A DNA stretch of 62,153 nt, the filler included, from Choristocarpus tenellus KU-1152 (lineage: Eukaryota; Protista; Phaeophyceae): NCBI GenBank assembly GCA_964200185.2. It is 9 parts of 9 records of this genome, joined end to end, with 100 filler letters (N's around TTAATTAATTAA, not from the genome) between each part and the next. Parts side by side here need not be neighbours in the genome. Positions count along the whole stretch, not along the records: positions 59,536 to 62,153 come from CAXNAD020026222.1; 8 more parts are not named here. One strand, 5' to 3'. Both the position numbers and the translations under genes were made by a program. The notes under the pieces were generated by a model. That model was given only the letters and a program-made list of their open reading frames with translations, had not been told where the DNA came from and did no database searches. Positions 60,625 through 62,153 of this stretch are shown piece after piece (position 1 is the stretch's first letter; each line of letters opens with the position of its first letter).

Positions 60625-60956
60625 TGTCAAAATTATGCTTGACCATTTGTGAGAATATGATTTGAAGTAATATTTTATGTGCGCACAGATGATGATGCGG
60701 GACCTTCGGGATATTTAGACGGGATATTTAGGCGGGTATTTGACCAGAAGTATTCGGCGGAATGTTAGAGTCGGAGTGTTTCTGACATGTACTAGAGAAC
60801 GGTTCAGTCATTTGGTATTCTGAGTCATTTACTGTAAGGATTGGTGAGCCCCACCTAGTAATGGTATCTCACTCTCTTCTCAACTGTTATACAAGCTATT
60901 AAACAATAATATAACTGGTTGTGTGGCACAACAGATTGTCAAGGAACAGCTTAACA
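60625..60956 (+). mobile_element. Solo LTR of the copia family seen at 36014-38524
   Basis: TGTCAAA...CTTAACA, 332 bp, flanked by ACCCC/CCCCC. Aligns to 36014-36301. Confidence 0.8.
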
Positions 60957-61159
60957 CCCCCCATTCCAACATTCTCACACTACCTACTACCAGCAACTAT
61001 AGGTTCCAACCTCTCGAAAATTGCTTTTACTCTCAGTTTTCACCTCACAGATGGAGTGTTTGTTTTGCTCACGAATTCTGGATTATTATTATTTTTATAC
61101 TATGTTTGCATTCCTCCCTATTCCCTTTTCTCCCCACATTCTAACAACCCTTGTGAACA

Positions 61160-61570
61160 ACCAGTGTGACCTCTTCGCCCCTGATTTCCAGTCACCCCCA
61201 CATCTGATGACCAACCAGGGCGAACCCCCTTCACCTCTGATTTCCAGTCACTCCCACATCTGATGACCAACCAGGGGGAACCCCTTTGCCACTGATTTTT
61301 TGTCATCCCCCACATCCGATGACCAGCCAGTGCGACCCCTTTGCCACTGATTTCCAGTCACCCCCCCTATCTGATGATCAACCAATGTGACCCCTTTCGC
61401 CACCGATTTCCGGTTTCTACCACCCCTTTCAACCCTATTCAACCCCACTCAACCCCACCCCACTTACCACTCCACCACACCATTGACCAGCACTCAACAC
61501 CACACCAGTTACCACTCCAGTCAACCCCACCCCACTTACCACTCCACCATACCATTGAACACCACTCCAT
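61160..61570. repeat. C-rich tandem repeats: ~55-bp unit x4-5, then ~73-bp unit x2
   Basis: CTGATTTCCAGTCACCCCCACATCTGATGACCAACCAG units, followed by TCAACCCCACCCCACTTACCACTCCACCA units. Confidence 0.85.
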
Positions 61571-62153
61571 AATAATCCAAGAACTCCCCTTCATCACCCC
61601 CTTCATACCGCGCCTTTGAGCTAGAAGACATCCACCCCGCCTGAACTTGATCTCCCTTCCCACCCTAAGATCTAAGTCGGTCGTGCGCAAGTGACAGGGC
61701 GGGTTGGCGGGAAAGTTTGCTCAGGGGTCCTCTTGACCTAGCCCTCCTCATCTTGTCACCCCAGCCTCAGATTTGCTCTTCGATTCAATATTGTCCATTC
61801 CTTCTCCCCTCGTGTCTCTGCCTGCCACCTATTTTCTTATCCACTCTCCTCCCTCTCTCCACCACTCAATCTTTAACACTTCGTTCCCTCCTTGATAATT
61901 TTTATTTCTTTTCCTGTCCCCTTCCTGGCACTGTGCCCCCAACCAACCGGAATTCTTCCACCCACAAAACTCAGATTACTTCATAAACTTTCCCTTTTAT
62001 TTGATTTGAGGAATTACAAATTTTATGTCATAAAAGGATAATACACCAAAATTTGGAACTCTTATATATTTTTGATAAAATGACCAATACAGTACCTACC
62101 CCGATTTTGTGCACCTATGGGCATACCCGAAAAAAAGCGGCACAGAATTGATG

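Noticed and set aside
61160-61410. 55-bp repeats as a CRISPR or as a coding repeat protein
   Set aside because: A degenerate contiguous minisatellite whose unit length does not preserve frame.

Overview
This window is not a continuous locus. It is nine pieces of a fragmented eukaryotic draft genome (1-3619, 3720-8519, 8620-25441, 25542-34586, 34687-38524, 38625-51949, 52050-55568, 55669-59435, 59536-62153), joined by eight identical artificial linkers (N44-TTAATTAATTAA-N44). The source looks like a photosynthetic stramenopile (brown alga or close relative). The signs are intron-rich GT-AG genes with ~100-bp exons, interstitial TTAGGG repeats and an ASAFAP-type bipartite plastid presequence. 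Host genes, all partial: (i) a 21-exon calpain-like protease with CysPc followed by three tandem domain-III/CBSW repeats; (ii) the last two exons of a membrane-anchored pepsin-family aspartic protease, followed by a decayed tandem copy of its tail; (iii) a first exon carrying a CABLES-like motif; (iv) the N-terminus of a plastid-targeted protein; (v) three exons of an unidentified gene. The rest is transposon-rich. It holds two plant-type mariner transposase relics (one split by three nested insertions with resolvable TSDs), a degenerate Ty1/copia element and solo LTRs. It also holds two MITE families that share terminal and subterminal motifs and make 3-bp TSDs, and a TGTTACAG...CTGTAACA family with 4-bp TSDs. 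Repeat copies show CpG-to-TpG decay, suggesting cytosine methylation. I found no rRNA, intact tRNA, CRISPR array or prokaryotic operon, and no clear new multi-gene system. The best leads are the triple-CBSW calpain, the MITE end architecture, the nested TE stack and the methylation footprint. All analysis was by eye, with no database searches.
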